A DNA stretch of 64,000 bases from Blepharisma stoltei ATCC 30299 (taxonomy: Eukaryota; Protista; Ciliophora), in assembly GCA_965603825.1 (NCBI GenBank), contig CBFDEM010000012.1, positions 496,001-560,000 of the forward strand, given 5' to 3'. Positions 12,142 through 25,071 of this stretch are shown one piece after another. The notes under the pieces were generated by a model. It was not told the origin of the DNA. It searched no databases and saw nothing but the letters and a program-made list of their open reading frames with translations. Position numbers and translations under genes: made by a program. Each line of letters opens with the position of its first letter. The first letter of the stretch is position 1.

Positions 12142-13680
12142 ATGGGCATCTGCACCTCAAAACGCACTCCTACTTCACCAAAAGTAGTTACCTCGAATAA
12201 TTTGGTTGTTCCTAACAAAGACGCATCTATAGATGCTTCTCCTCACACCCCCAAATCCCCTATTAACGATAGTTTATACATAATGACTGATGGTAAGTTT
12301 TAAGCAGATATCAGCAAATATTACGATTTACAAAAAATCCTTGGCAAAGGTTTATACGGAGTAGTTAGATTAGGTGTCTCGAAGCTTGGAAGCCACCAAA
12401 AATACGCAATTAAGAGTTTGAATAAGGAAAAAATTAAAAGAGACATCAAATCACTGCAAAGAGAATTAATGATCCTAAAAGCAAGCGACCATCCTAATAT
12501 AATCAAACTCTATGAAGTCTTTGAAGACGGAAATTTTATTCATATCGTCATGGAGTTTTGCTCCGGAGGAGAGCTCTTTGATAAAATCAATAAAAAAAAC
12601 CGTTTCACCGAAAGAGAATCAGCGCATGTGGCATTCAAAATGTTCTACGGAATTAACCATCTGCACGCTAGCAATATTGCCCATAGAGACTTGAAGCCTG
12701 AAAATTGCTTATTTGATTCTAACAAAGAAGATGCTGAGCTAAAATTAGTAGATTTTGGCCTAGCGAGTAGATTCAGAGGAAATGATATGAAAACCATGGT
12801 CGGAACTGCACTGTACGTAGCTCCTGAAGTTCTGGGTGGAAAATATGGCCCAGAATGTGATGTATGGAGTCTAGGAGTAATTCTTTATACAATGTTTGCA
12901 GGATATCAACCATTCAGAGGGGAAAGCAATAAAGAAATTTTCAAAAGCATAAGAAAAGCAAATATATCCTTAAAAGAGCCTGAGTTTGAAAGAGCTTCTA
13001 AAGAGTTTAAAGATTTTATTAAAAGAGTACTCTGCCCTGATCCTAATAAGCGATTAACTGCAGTTGAAGCTTTAAGGCATCCTTGATTTTCAATCATGGG
13101 TGCTAACAGGGTCAAGCCTTTAGATATGAACCTTATTTCACGTTTAAGAAGCTTCACATCCTCGAATCGCCTTCGAGTTGAAGCAGCACGAGTCCTTGCT
13201 AAATTTATGAAACCTAATGAAGTTTCGTTTGTCTTAGACAATTTCAAAGCCCTTGACGTTGATCTCACTGGTTTAATAACACAACAAGGGCTTGAGCAAT
13301 GCCTAAGAGCAGCAAATATAGAAATTGCTCCTTTCGAAATCACAAGTATCATGTCACAAGTTGATTTAAACGGCAATGGAAAAATGAATTATTCAGAATT
13401 TATCATTGCAACCTTGGACCCAGCTATCACCCAGAAAGAAGAAAATTTGATGGCTGCATATAAAACTTTTGATATTGTAATATTTATTTAGGATGATGTT
13501 GGATATTTTACAGGTTTACAAGTAAAGAGAGTGATTGAGAAATCAGGAAGGGCAATTACTGATGCTGAGATTGAAGAAATGATGAATCTTAGCTGGCTAA
13601 AAGTTACAGGAAGAGTTGATTACGAAGAGTTTTGCAAAATGTTTGATGTAAATATTGGATCGGCTAGGAGTCAAATTTAG
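12142..13680 (+). CDS. Calcium-dependent protein kinase (CDPK), two introns
   Basis: MGIC N-terminus, GKGLYG, HRDLKPEN, DFG, YVAPE, HPW with TGA 13084, four EF-hand positions; TAG 13678-13680. Confidence 0.9.
12293..12307 (+). other. 15-nt intron GTAAGTTTTAAGCAG
   Basis: Removes in-frame TAA 12301 and joins the N-terminus to DISKYYDLQKILGKG. Confidence 0.85.
13477..13491 (+). other. 15-nt intron GTAATATTTATTTAG
   Basis: Removal restores the EF-hand FDIDDVGY and the C-terminal EF lobe. Confidence 0.9.
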
Positions 13681-13980
13681 AACGATTTAAATAATTTATT
13701 TTTGGTTCATTTAAATTTTGAGCTATTTTCTGTTATAAAATAAATTAATTCTTTGATATATATTATTTATTTGCTTAATAAAATAAGCTGAGAATAAATC
13801 TCTTATATAGCGTTGTTTTATTATGAGAATTTCTTTACTTGTGGAAGAAAGTTAAATAAAGCATGAATATTCTGTTTATCCAAGGAAATATTTAATCATT
13901 AATCCTCCCGTGTCGTTAAATTATATTTGGCCAATATTTATAAAAGTATAAGGTGATTAATGATAATTTGTCCTTAAAGT

Positions 13981-14301
13981 TTACTTATGGCGTAATCTTT
14001 GCATGACTCCTCTCATGTATTCTCTTTTGCGCATTCCTCTTCTGTGAGTTCCAACTCTTCTTTTAGCGACCTTAAGGGCTTTCTTTTCATCCTTAGAGCT
14101 GCCAGCCTGCAAAAGTTCAAGGATTTTTCTTTCATAAGGTGCAAACCCAGTGACATCTCTGATAACAGATCTTACGGTCTCAGTACGCTTGCTGAGCTTT
14201 CCTTTTCTGTTTGAAGGTCTTGCCTTTTTCTCGAGCTTGGTCACAACGTGACCTTTTGTGAGCTGCTTAGCCTTCTTAGCTGCCTTTCCAGGTTTAGCCA
14301 T
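13981..14301 (-). CDS. RPL36: 60S ribosomal protein L36 (eL36)
   Basis: GHVVTK...[14 protein letters not shown]...KRRVGTHRR. Confidence 0.95.
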   Translation of the reverse strand: MAKPGKAAKKAKQLTKGHVVTKLEKKARPSNRKGKLSKRTETVRSVIRDVTGFAPYERKILELLQAGSSKDEKKALKVAKRRVGTHRRGMRKREYMRGVMQRLRHK

Positions 14302-14530
14302 TATATATATTATCCTGACCTCTCATTTCCTATTAAAAGAGTTTATTCAAAAAATCCTAAGATTATCAATTCGTAATGATTTATAATTCTAATTTTAAAG
14401 AATTAAGCTGACTCAAATAGTTATTTATTTTTCACCCTATGTGGTCTATATTAATTTTCCCAATATAATATATTTTACCTTTAATTGCAATAACAAATAA
14501 TAATCTAGTAACAACCTAATAATAATAAAA

Positions 14531-15142
14531 TTACTTCCCGCAACAACCTTTTTTGGCTTTAGGTTCAGCAGTCTTCTGAACTCTAATATTCCCAGTTGTA
14601 CCTAACGCTTCTCCTAACCTCTTATCCTTGATCTCTTTGGCTATATGATAAAACGTTTCATTGACATTAATATTTGTCTTGGCACTGGCTTCAAAAAACT
14701 TTATTCCAAGCTCTCTTGCTAAAGCTTCTCCTTGCTCAGTACTAATTTTCTTATCAGGCCTATCACATTTATTTCCAATAAGCACTTTAGCGACGTTTTC
14801 ATTGGCATGCATTTTTATTTGTTGCACCCAGTTGCGGATGTTATTGAAAGATTTTTCATCAGTACAGTCATATGCAAGGATGATTCCCATTGCACCTTTA
14901 TAGTAAGTTTGGGTGATTGTCCTAAATCGCTCTTGGCCAGCGGTGTCCCAGATTTGGAGTTTTATAGTTTTGCCTTCAATTTCTATCGTTTTTAATTTGA
15001 AATCAATCCCGATAGTTGTGAGATGGGATGCAGTGAAGTTATCGTCAGAAAAACGGAGTAGGAAGCATGTTTTTCCTACACCTGAGTCTCCAATGATCAG
15101 CAATTTTATTAGGTAATCGTATTGAGCTGCGCTCCTAGCCAT
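14531..15142 (-). CDS. RAB8: Rab8/Sec4-type GTPase
   Basis: [42 protein letters not shown]-terminal GCCGK. Confidence 0.9.
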   Translation of the reverse strand: MARSAAQYDYLIKLLIIGDSGVGKTCFLLRFSDDNFTASHLTTIGIDFKLKTIEIEGKTIKLQIWDTAGQERFRTITQTYYKGAMGIILAYDCTDEKSFNNIRNWVQQIKMHANENVAKVLIGNKCDRPDKKISTEQGEALARELGIKFFEASAKTNINVNETFYHIAKEIKDKRLGEALGTTGNIRVQKTAEPKAKKGCCGK

Positions 15143-15588
15143 ATATTTTTATAAGACATTTGATTGTGTTGAATTTTTAGGTGAATATTTGGAAATTAAG
15201 AAGGAAAATTTTATTTAAATTTTTAAAGGATATTTTCTGATTTTTTATAAATTAGCTGAAAAAAATATAAGCGTTTTGCTATGGCAACTTTCATTATAAT
15301 TATAAAATACTGCTCACTATTTTATTCAAATATCAATATAAAAAGCTGTTTTTAAATTATTTATATTGTTGCTTTTCTATAAGTTCCCCACTTGATATAA
15401 TCTTAAATTTTATTACAAATTTAACTTTGCTAAATTTTGCAATAAATATTAATTTTTTCAGCATTTTTATAGGATAAAATTACATCCGTCAAAACCTATT
15501 TATATCAAAAATTTATTGCATTATTTTTTTCTCCTTGAATTACTCAATTGTACTCGTATTGACGTATTTATATAATAATTATTAAGAC

Positions 15589-16140
15589 ATGATAAAAATA
15601 TTCGGACCAAAAGCCTCCAAACGTGATGAAGAAGAAAAAAAAGAAGAAGGTGGAGCTAGACGCAGAACAGCTGGCGAAATCAGACTTCAGAAAGAATTGG
15701 GAGAGCTAGACCTGCCAAGAAATGTTAGGATTACTTTCCCTAATGACAATGACATAATGAACTTCAATATTGACTTGACTGTTGATGACAACACATCTCT
15801 TTGGTATGGAGCATCTTATAACTTTACCTTTACAGTGCCAATCGCTTATCCGCATGAGCCTCCACGTGTGCATTGTAACACCAAGATTTATCATCCAAAC
15901 ATCGATCTCAGGGGAAATGTCTGTCTTAATATCTTAAGAGGTGACTGGAAGCCAGTCCTTTGCATCAGCGCTGTTATCTTGGGGCTAAATTTCTTGTTCT
16001 TAGAACCGAATCCTAATGATCCACTTAATCAGACTGCAGCAGAATTGATGAGAAACAGCATTGAGAGGTTCAATGACAATGTAAGAAGATCCTTAAGAGG
16101 AGGCGCTGTGGACGGAGAACAATATCCAAGACTTTTATAG
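15589..16140 (+). CDS. UBC12: NEDD8-conjugating enzyme Ubc12
   Basis: MIKIF N-terminal peptide, HPNIDLRGNVCLNILRGDWKPVL, EPNPNDPLN. Confidence 0.92.
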   Translation: MIKIFGPKASKRDEEEKKEEGGARRRTAGEIRLQKELGELDLPRNVRITFPNDNDIMNFNIDLTVDDNTSLWYGASYNFTFTVPIAYPHEPPRVHCNTKIYHPNIDLRGNVCLNILRGDWKPVLCISAVILGLNFLFLEPNPNDPLNQTAAELMRNSIERFNDNVRRSLRGGAVDGEQYPRLL

Positions 16141-16275
16141 ATAAGTAAATATATGCTTATTTAATTTAGTTCTAAATCTGTTGATTACAGTAACTGCTCA
16201 ACAAGATTCAGAAATCATTAGTTTGCTTTTATTAAAATTTAATTAAAACTTGTATCTCCATTTGCGGGATTTTAT

Positions 16276-16908
16276 CTACCATATAATGCAGCACCCTTTC
16301 TTTTGAGTAGGCTCTTCCTTATTTGTGATCTCGATAGCTTCATTGCCTTCTTCAATATTTCTCAGTTTTTGTCTTTTTATTGCATATCTTCATGACAATT
16401 CAGCAATTTTTTCCAGTAATCCTTCAAATCCTTCTCCAGTCATTGCAGAAACTTCTCTATAAGCCATGCCTTCAGCTCTTGCTCAATCAGCTGCATCAGA
16501 TTTATTTGTTTTCCTAGCCGCTCTCATGTCATGTTTATTTCCTATTAACACAAAAGGGAATTCTTCAATGTTTTCTGGAAACCCACTTTCAATAAATTTC
16601 CTTTTCCATTCTTTAGCCTCGTAGAACGTTTTTAAATTGGATATATCGTAAGTTAATACACAACAGTCTGTGTTTCTAAAAAACATTGAGGATAGACAAA
16701 AAAAGCGTTCTTGTCCTGCAGTATCTCATAATTGAAGATTAATTTTTTCATCGAGAAGAGTTACTTCTTGTGTTTGAAAGCCTGCACTTATAGTTGGTCT
16801 GCAAGTATGCTTAAAATCATCATGCATTAGACGCTCTATTACAGCTGATTTTCCAACACCTGAGCTGCCAAGAAAAATAACTTTTGCAAAAGGTGGCTTT
16901 TCAGACAT
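16276..16908 (-). CDS. Divergent Rab7-like GTPase
   Basis: GSSGVGKS, LQL-W(TGA 16726)-[19 protein letters not shown]; further TGA at 16483 and 16390; ends KGCCIIW-TAG. Confidence 0.85.
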
Positions 16909-17068
16909 TTTTATTGTAACGAAATTTTTGCATTGCTAAGTGATTATAGCAGAGTTCAAAAAGAAATAAAGACGTAAATTAATAATAAAAAATATTTTGG
17001 AAAGAAGATAAATTAACTTGTTAAAAAATTAATTAATAGATTGTGATAAATATGGTACATTAATCAAT

Positions 17069-17734
17069 ATGAGATCAAGAAACGACAAATCTCAGCTCAA
17101 ACAAGGATTAAGTTCAAATAGTATTTTCCCTCTTTCTATAAGAAAAGATGCAGAAACTCCTGACGGTTTTCGGAGATATTTTCAATCGCTTCATAACAGT
17201 CAGAAATCTGTGAAATCTCCTACATCAGCATTGTCTCCTTGTAGACTTAATCACAAATATCTAAGATCTCAATACCATTTAAAAGACCGTAATATTGCAG
17301 ACAAGTTACTGAATCAAATTCTGCGCTTATACTCTCAAACCATGCAGAAAACGCCTCAGGCAGAAAACCTCCATACGTTTTTAAATACTAAATCCCAGCC
17401 TAGCTATTCTCTCTCATGCTCTCCCTTACCTAAAATGAAAAAACGAGAGCAGATCCAGCAGTTTAACGTCTTAAAAGCTTCAAGCCCAGATAACTTGACC
17501 AGCAAATTGAATATCCAGTCATCATTAAAGAAATTACGCCATAAAAAAATGAGCTCTGCTATTTTAAGATGCATGAAAATTGAAAAAATTGAAAAAAACG
17601 AAAAATCAGAAAGTGTAATTGGATCTCCTTGCAAATCCCCTCTTAACTACAGAATTTGTGAGATGCAGAAGAAATCGTCCACTTCATTACGAAGAACAGT
17701 TGAGATGACAACCTCAACCTCACATCTTGATTAA
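17069..17734 (+). CDS. Hypothetical basic Ser-rich protein
   Basis: 221-aa ATG-TAA ORF. Confidence 0.6.
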   Translation: MRSRNDKSQLKQGLSSNSIFPLSIRKDAETPDGFRRYFQSLHNSQKSVKSPTSALSPCRLNHKYLRSQYHLKDRNIADKLLNQILRLYSQTMQKTPQAENLHTFLNTKSQPSYSLSCSPLPKMKKREQIQQFNVLKASSPDNLTSKLNIQSSLKKLRHKKMSSAILRCMKIEKIEKNEKSESVIGSPCKSPLNYRICEMQKKSSTSLRRTVEMTTSTSHLD

Positions 17735-17786
17735 TTTCTAATTAAATGTTAATTATTACTGAGTAATAGATTTTATTATATATAAA

Positions 17787-19409
17787 ATGGATCAAAGGTT
17801 GTGCACAAGAGTGCAACTGTTTATAAGCGGAAGGTCTCTTAAAGACCTTGATGTATGGAGTAAAAGTGATCCTATCTGCGTCATTTCTATGCACGACAAT
17901 CATAACCCTTCACCTATTGAGGTGGGGAGAACTGAAGTAATCCAAAATAATCTCAACCCTAATTGAACAACTTCTATCCCTCTTGATTATTATTTTGAAG
18001 TCCAGCAACATTTAAATTTCACTGTATATGACTATGATGGCAGAAATTACGAAACTATTGGGACATATGAAACAACACTCGGGTATATTGTAGGGAAAGG
18101 AACTGCGATAGAAGATTTGCACGATAAACGACATAATGATGGGAGATCTAGAGGGAAAATCATTATCAGGGTAGAAGAAATAAAGTTTTCGAGGGACATC
18201 ATTTTTATGCAGCTTTGTGCACATCATGTTGACAAAATGGACACTTTCGGAAAGAGTGATCCATTTCTGTTCATTTATAGGATAAGGGAGAATGGAGAAG
18301 CTATCAAAGTCTGGTCAACTGAGGTAATTAAAAATACATTGGATCCCATGTGGAAACCGTTTGAAATTCCCAGTGAAAAGCTATGCGGAGGAAATGAGTT
18401 CGTAACTCTGAGGATTGAATGCTGGGATTGGGACAGCAACTCTTCTAATGATTTGATAGGTTACTGCAGCACTAATTTGCATGATCTATTGCAGCCTGGT
18501 TGCCAATTGCCTATAATTAACCCAGATAAGAAAAATAAAAAGAAGTACACAAACTCAGGAGTCCTTGAAGTTTTGCAATGCACAAAGAGGAAGGTGTATT
18601 CTTTTATTGACTATTTAAGGGGTGGAACTCAATTTACAATGATGGTGGCTATAGATTTTACAGGCAGCAATGGAGATTATACAGACCGTAATTCGTTGCA
18701 TTATTTGAGTAATAACGCTCAAAATGAGTATGAAAGAGCTATGTGGGCTGTAGGAAGTATCCTTGATAATTATGATATGAGCAAAATGTACCCAGTTTTT
18801 GGGTTTGGAGGAAAGCCAGATTGGATTGGAAAGGTAGATCATTGTTTTCCACTTAACGGAAACCCTCAAAATCCATTTATTTTTGGGATTCCTGGAATAC
18901 TTCAGGCTTATCATGAAACTTTGCCAAGAGTTCATTTATCAGGGCCAACACTATTCCAGCATGTAATCAGGAATGCAATGAATATAGCTCAAAGCACTCC
19001 TCCCGGGCAGTTTTATCACGTGTTGCTGCTTATGACTGATGGAGAAATACATGATATGGATATCACTTTATCTTTGATTGTCCAGGCTTCACAATTACCT
19101 TTGAGCATCATCATCGTCGGCCTTGGAAATGAAGATTTTAGAAACATGGAAATTTTAGACTGTGATACTGGTCTACTAAGAGACCGCGAAGGAAGACAGG
19201 CTTCGCGAGATATCGTTCAATTTGTGCCATTCAGAAAGTTCGGTGGAAATCCTTACCTGCTTGCTCAAGAAGTTCTTGCAGAGATCCCCAAGCAGATAAC
19301 AGACTACATGCAGCGAATTGGCCACATCCCTATTCTCCCTGAAGAAGTTCCTTTAGAAAATATTGCCGTCAGCTCCTCATCTTCTTCCTTTAACCAGACA
19401 GATCCTTAA
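17787..19409 (+). CDS. Copine (two C2 domains + vWA)
   Basis: DLDVWSKSDP, NNLNPN-W(TGA 17964), DTFGKSDP, VAIDFTGSNG, PLSIIIVGLG, RDIVQFVPF. Confidence 0.92.
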
Positions 19410-19495
19410 ATATTCTAATCTTCACTTCTTAAAATAATAATAAATCACTAAACAATTAATATGATTTGAATGAAACTGATCTGTTTATTGATAAG

Positions 19496-19699
19496 TTACT
19501 TTAATCTTCTGGCTTCTCTTTCACTTTCCAACAAGGCAAGCATATCTCCTTCTTTAACAGGGCCTTTTATATTTCTAACGAGAGTTCTCCCACTTTCATC
19601 GCCATGAAGAACAACACGAACTTGTGTAATCCCACCTCGTGAACCTGTCCTCCCAAGCAATTTTTGTACCGTCGCAAGTATATGGGTTTGTTCTTCCAT
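19496..19699 (-). CDS. RPS28: 40S ribosomal protein S28 (eS28)
   Basis: [15 protein letters not shown]...[11 protein letters not shown]...[11 protein letters not shown]. Confidence 0.95.
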   Translation of the reverse strand: MEEQTHILATVQKLLGRTGSRGGITQVRVVLHGDESGRTLVRNIKGPVKEGDMLALLESEREARRLK

Positions 19700-19775
19700 T
19701 ATTTATTAGCGACCCATTAATCTAATTTCTTAATTATAAGCTTATTTTTAAAAGCTATTACTATATTGCAGAGAT

Positions 19776-20321
19776 TTAAAAGCTGCCACTATTTTTTCTA
19801 GCTCTTTCGGTGAAGGTTGGCTGTGTTTTTTCTTTAGGCTTTGGGATGTCTTTGAAACGAATTTCTGAGTCCTGCTTATGATTCCCGTAAGGAGATTGAG
19901 GGAAAAGTGGCACTTTTAAAGTGTTAGTTTGAGGCTTTTTGTGCCCTACTAAATTAAGTTTTAAAGAATCTTTTAGGATTTTATAGGGGATTGCAAAGCG
20001 AAAAATTTTGGAGCTTTGGCTGGCCTTTTGGTCATTAGTAGAGCCGTGATGAGGAGAGTTGAGAGTTGTTTTAATTAAGTTCATTGTGAGGAGATAGGGA
20101 GAAACTTTATTTTTGATTGATGGAAGCTTGATAAGCTTTTTATCATTTTTACACAGAATTTCAACTTGTGATGACGATTTTGCATGGTTTATCGTTTGTT
20201 TTATAGGCTTTTGGATATTTTGAGAGTGTCGTTTATTTTTCCACTTTTGGGATTGCAGAATGCTTTCTATTTCACTTGAGCATTGACCTACTTTTTCTCG
20301 GTTATCAGTTTTTATTTCCAT
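19776..20321 (-). CDS. Hypothetical basic protein
   Basis: 181-aa ATG-TAA ORF. Confidence 0.6.
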   Translation of the reverse strand: MEIKTDNREKVGQCSSEIESILQSQKWKNKRHSQNIQKPIKQTINHAKSSSQVEILCKNDKKLIKLPSIKNKVSPYLLTMNLIKTTLNSPHHGSTNDQKASQSSKIFRFAIPYKILKDSLKLNLVGHKKPQTNTLKVPLFPQSPYGNHKQDSEIRFKDIPKPKEKTQPTFTERARKNSGSF

Positions 20322-20389
20322 TTTAGAATTAGTTACACTTTTATGGTAGAGATCTATTAATAAAAAAACTTTGTAATATCACCAATTTT

Positions 20390-21529
20390 TTAAAACATTG
20401 ATGCGTTGCGTCTATGTGGAGTTGTATAAGGTCGACTCTTTTTTAAGCTAGGAAACCTATTGGTTTCAAATACCAAATTCTTTTTCGGGATTAAGCTTGG
20501 ATTTCTAAATTGATTATCAAGACATCTATATATATTTTACCTTCTAAGCTGCTTTTCAATTTTAATATTCTTGACAATATCTACTCGAAATGCCCTCCAC
20601 ATTTGCTTTTCAAAAAATTCCTGCTTGAGTTCTTCATCCTTAGGATAAGGTTTGCATAATAATTTCAATTCTTCAAAAAATACAGGATCAAAACACCTTA
20701 GATCTTCCTTTGATATGTAATAGCAAACTAGAGGGATAGGGCACACAACAGTATATTCTATAGGTTGTTTTGTTATATAAGCATGCTCACAAAACATATC
20801 ACCAGGGCCAAGCTCGTCAATAATGATTTTTCTTTTATTTATAGCGTTTTCCTTGCTAGAAAATATCAATGTGCGTGATAATTTGACACTTCCTTCTGAA
20901 ATTATGTAAATTCCTTGAGGATAATCCCCTTCTTTTATAAGAATGTGATTTGCCGAGAATTTTTTAATGTAAGCTTTCTTTGAAATATTCTTGATAAATT
21001 CCCCAGACATTTTTTGGAATAGAGGAAGACTATGGAAAAACTCAAGATTGGCTTTATGCTGCAATTTGAGCACAGATCTTGCGATTAAATCAAAAGTTTG
21101 CTTCTTTAAAACTATTATTTCAGTTGGGTCTAATGCTTTTACTGTAGCTTTAAGTGGAATTCCATCAATTAATGAGTTCTCACCGAAACACTGACCATTG
21201 ATCATATCTTTAGATATCGTTGAAGCAGTTTCAAACCTTACCCTTCCTGTGTGGATTAGAAAAAACCCATAAATATCTTCAGCCTGTTCAATTATAATTT
21301 CATTTGATAGGTACTTTTTTATTTTTATATATCTCGACATTTCAGCTAGCTGCCCACTTCCTGCAAATCTAGAAAAAAAGCTGTTTTCCTCTATTAAGCT
21401 CGAAATTTCCAAAAGTTGACCGTCAGTCCTAAGCTCAGGAGCTATCAACAATAATTCCCTAAGCTGAGCCTTTTTATCGCCAGCACTTGAAGGTTTGATA
21501 TAAAAAGGTCTCCCTAATAAAAGCGACAT
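20390..21529 (-). CDS. Tandem cyclic-nucleotide-binding domain protein, one intron
   Basis: Two CNB folds (GQCFGE; EGD...YIISEGSV...GDMFCE); intron 20526-20540 extends the C-terminus to TAA 20390; start is 21529 or 21571. Confidence 0.75.
20526..20540 (-). other. 15-nt intron GTAAAATATATATAG
   Basis: Matches the consensus, contains the in-frame TAA, and an open frame of ~45 codons follows. Confidence 0.7.
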
Positions 21530-21572
21530 TAAATTCAAGTTAAGTTCGTAAAACGAACATTTTAAAAACATA

Positions 21573-22586
21573 ATGAATTATATTTTTGGAGAATATTGAA
21601 AGCTAGACAAGAAAATAACAAGCGGCTCGTTCGGAGAAGTGTTTATAGGGAAGCATATAGCGACAGGCGAAGAAGTGGCCATAAAACTTGAGCCCGTTTC
21701 ATCAGCTTACAACCAGCTCCTAATGGAGTCAGCAATCCTTCTAAGACTTAAAGAAGAGCCAGGAGTCCCCAAAGTGAAGTGGTACGGAACAAATGGGCCA
21801 TTTAACGTATTAATCATGGACTTGCTTGGGTACACCATTCAAGAGCTTTTCTTCATGTGCCAGAAGGTGTTTTCACTAAAAACAGTTTTAATGATCGCCG
21901 AGCAAGCTATATCCAGAATTGAAAGTTTGCATTCTTACCACTTGATACACCGCGACATTAAGCCGGAAAACTTTCTGATAGGAAAAAACCAATTTGAGAA
22001 TATTATCTATCTTATTGATTTTGGCTTGAGCAAAAGATATAAAAAATCACCCAAAAATCACATAAAATACAAGCAGGGGAAGGGTTTTACTGGGAATCAG
22101 AGATTTTGCTCGAATAATGCTTTATTAGGGATTGAACAAAGTAGAAGGGATGATCTAGAAGCTTTAGGCTATATGCTTATTTATCTATTAAGTGGGTCTT
22201 TACCATGAGAAGGAATCGGCAATACAAGCCAAATGAGAAAAGAAGAGCTAATAAAAAGAAAAGTCTGCGCGACGGTTCAAGAGCTATGCTTTCTATGTCC
22301 TCCTGAATTTTCCACATATATGAGTTATGTTAAAAGTCTTGAATTTACTGCCAAGCCTGACTACGCATATATCAAGAGACTCTTTAGAGACCTTTTTATC
22401 AGAATGGACTATGACTTTGACTACAATTATGACTGAAAAGCTGCTTGCAGTTATAATTCGCATTCACCAGCGTTAACTTTAAAAAGGTCGTGGACTCAAA
22501 ATAACTTTGTAAAAGACTCTGAACATCAAAATGGTGAAGAAGACGGCAGACCTGAAGAAGGGACTAATAGCTGCATTATTATATAG
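21573..22586 (+). CDS. Casein kinase 1 family kinase with C-terminal CaaX
   Basis: GSFGEV, HRDIKPENF, IEQSRRDDLE, LP-W(TGA 22206), YD-W(TGA 22434), also TGA 21597; ends SCIII-TAG. Confidence 0.9.
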
Positions 22587-22640
22587 ATAATTAATAACAC
22601 ATTGTAATTGAGACTTTTCTGGTAATTTTACAATTATTTC

Positions 22641-23561
22641 ATGAGTGAAGTTATTTTGGCGACTGGAGGATATGACGAAAAAGTAGTTTTATGAAACCCC
22701 AGCACTGAAGTAGCAACTCGTGTAATTCCTCTTAAAGATGTGCATGTCAGTGCTCTTGCTGTGACCCCTGATCGTCAATATATAGCTGTGGCTGCATATA
22801 AATCTTTAAAATTATTTGATCTTCAGTCAAATTCAACCATACCAGTCCACAACTATGATGGGCACTCAGGAAATATTACTGCTATTGGATTTCCTAAGCG
22901 TTCAAACTGGCTGTATACAGCGTCAGAAGACGGAACCATAAGAATTTGGGATTTCAACACAAATCGATCTCAAAGGTGCTATGAAGGGAAGACAGGTGTT
23001 AATACAGCAGTGCTTCATCCTAATCAAAGTGAATTAATTGCAGGCTACGAAGACGGCTTATTGGCTGTATGGGATATTGCCTCCAGTAGTTATCGAATTG
23101 TAGTCAATCCAGACGAAGAAGCTATAAGAAGCACACAAATAGCTGGGGATGCTAGATTTGGAGTATATGGAAACAATCTAGGAGTTATCACAATATGAAC
23201 ACTTGACGGTGACCAATTCAGAATTTTAGGAAGAATCCAAGCACACAATAATTTAATTACAAAATGTGTGCTTTCGATGGATTCAAAATTATTGGCGACG
23301 TGCTCTGCTGATAAAACTGTGAAACTTTGGAACGTCAATTTAGATAGTGAGGAACTGCTAGGGCTGGATAAAGCACTTATAGGGCACAAGATGTGGGTGT
23401 GGGATGCGAACTTCACATGTGATTCAGCTTATATTGCAACTGCGTCAACTGACGCTACTGCAAAACTGTGGGAAGTGAGCAGCGGTAGGATTGCAAGAAA
23501 CTATATTGGAGTTCACAGCAAAGGAATTTGCTCTCTTGTTCTTAATGATCTAACTATATAA
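22641..23561 (+). CDS. LST8: TOR complex subunit LST8 (WD40)
   Basis: VILATGGYD, HPNQSELI, ATCSADKTVKLW, WVWDANF; TGA at 22692 and 23196 fall on WD-repeat Trp positions. Confidence 0.88.
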
Positions 23562-23704
23562 TAAGCATTTTCTGTTATAAGGCAATAATATAAATACCTT
23601 AAGGATTTAAATATCGTAAAGCAATTTATCTTTTATATTATTTATTGATTACACTCCAATTCAATTTCCCAGCCAGGCCCTATACAAAATCTAGAGAAAA
23701 AACA

Positions 23705-23905
23705 ATGGACTATAGAAATAAAGACTCCAGTAAAGAAAAGAAAGATAAGTTAAAAAGAAAAGAATCGCCTGAGCCACAAAAAAGACCTAAAATTGAAGAA
23801 GAAATAGCACCGATTAACATTGCTAATGAATCAAAAAAAAGAATGAAGCTAAGAAGTAGCTCTGAAAATAGCGATTCGGATGCAAGTATTTTCAGTAATG
23901 ACTAA
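23705..23905 (+). CDS. Small charged hypothetical protein (66 aa)
   Basis: ATG 23705 to TAA, K/E-rich. Confidence 0.4.
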   Translation: MDYRNKDSSKEKKDKLKRKESPEPQKRPKIEEEIAPINIANESKKRMKLRSSSENSDSDASIFSND

Positions 23906-23951
23906 AGAAAATCCACAACTATCATAAATAATAATAGGAAATCAATAATAA

Positions 23952-24542
23952 ATGTCAAAAGAAGATTACGAAAACGTTGTAAATCAGCTTCTTGGCACAA
24001 TTCACGATAAAATAACTAAGCAGCAAATTGATAAAACAAAGCAGCTTGACCGAAGAGTTTTATTGACTACCCGGCTTGGTGAATTAAGAAAAACCAACGT
24101 CCAGCTGGCTTCGAAAATTCGAAGTCTACAAGAAGAAATCCGAGCCTACGCAGAAACAAACTTAGGCCTCGAAGAAGAAAAAGAAGAGCTAGAACGAGAA
24201 TTAAGGGTCTATGCTGTCAAAATTACTGATATTGGAGATAAAGCAATGCAAGAAAGAACTTCTTGGCAAAAGGAATATGATTTTCAAAAAACTAAACTAA
24301 AACATTTGGAAAGGCAGTTTGAAGCTGAAAGAGAGGAAGAAGAAAAAGAAAAGAGGACCCTAACGCAAGAAATATTTAGACTGGAGCAGGAGTATAGAAA
24401 GACATCAAATGAATATAATGCAAATATAATAAATTTAACGCAGAGACGAGCACTAGAAGAAAGGCGAGTTAGAAGCTTAGATGAAAAAAGCAATGTGTTT
24501 AATTCGTTCTTAGGAAGTAAACAATTTAAATATGAAAGTTAA
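23952..24542 (+). CDS. Coiled-coil protein
   Basis: 196-aa heptad-rich ORF. Confidence 0.7.
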   Translation: MSKEDYENVVNQLLGTIHDKITKQQIDKTKQLDRRVLLTTRLGELRKTNVQLASKIRSLQEEIRAYAETNLGLEEEKEELERELRVYAVKITDIGDKAMQERTSWQKEYDFQKTKLKHLERQFEAEREEEEKEKRTLTQEIFRLEQEYRKTSNEYNANIINLTQRRALEERRVRSLDEKSNVFNSFLGSKQFKYES

Positions 24543-25071
24543 AATAAGAAAACAATTTTGGAATTCAACTTTACTGTAAGCAAAACGAAAAATAATATAA
24601 AATTATTAAATTCTCAATTTTTCATGAGTTATCCAGCAGGCAATTTAAGATAATATTCACTAAAGAAATTGGCAAATTATGTAAAATTTACCCTGAAAAT
24701 ACCCATCTTCATATTTTTTTAATTTATTAAAAAGATTGGTAATTTTATTAACATAATAAACTGGCATTTTCCCTATACATACTAGTTCCTTCAGCCGCTT
24801 AAGGCAAGCTATCTAAAGGAAGAGCTGCAAGCAAAAAGAATAAAAAACTCTGGCTAGAGCTGTATATTATAAGAAGACATTCCAAATCCAAAAAATGGTA
24901 ACACGAAGAACACTAATAGAAGCTAGGAGTAAGACTAGCAGAGCAAAAGAAGAAACAATGGAAAATAAAATTATTGACACAAGAACTTTAGAAATTCTTT
25001 TGGAGAAATTAATTATATCTCGTAATAATCAACGATAATAATTTATAAAAATTTAGTCTTTATAATTAATT

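Noticed and set aside
24895-25038. 47-aa small ORF (MVTRRTLIEARSK...)
   Set aside because: Short, with no motif or other support
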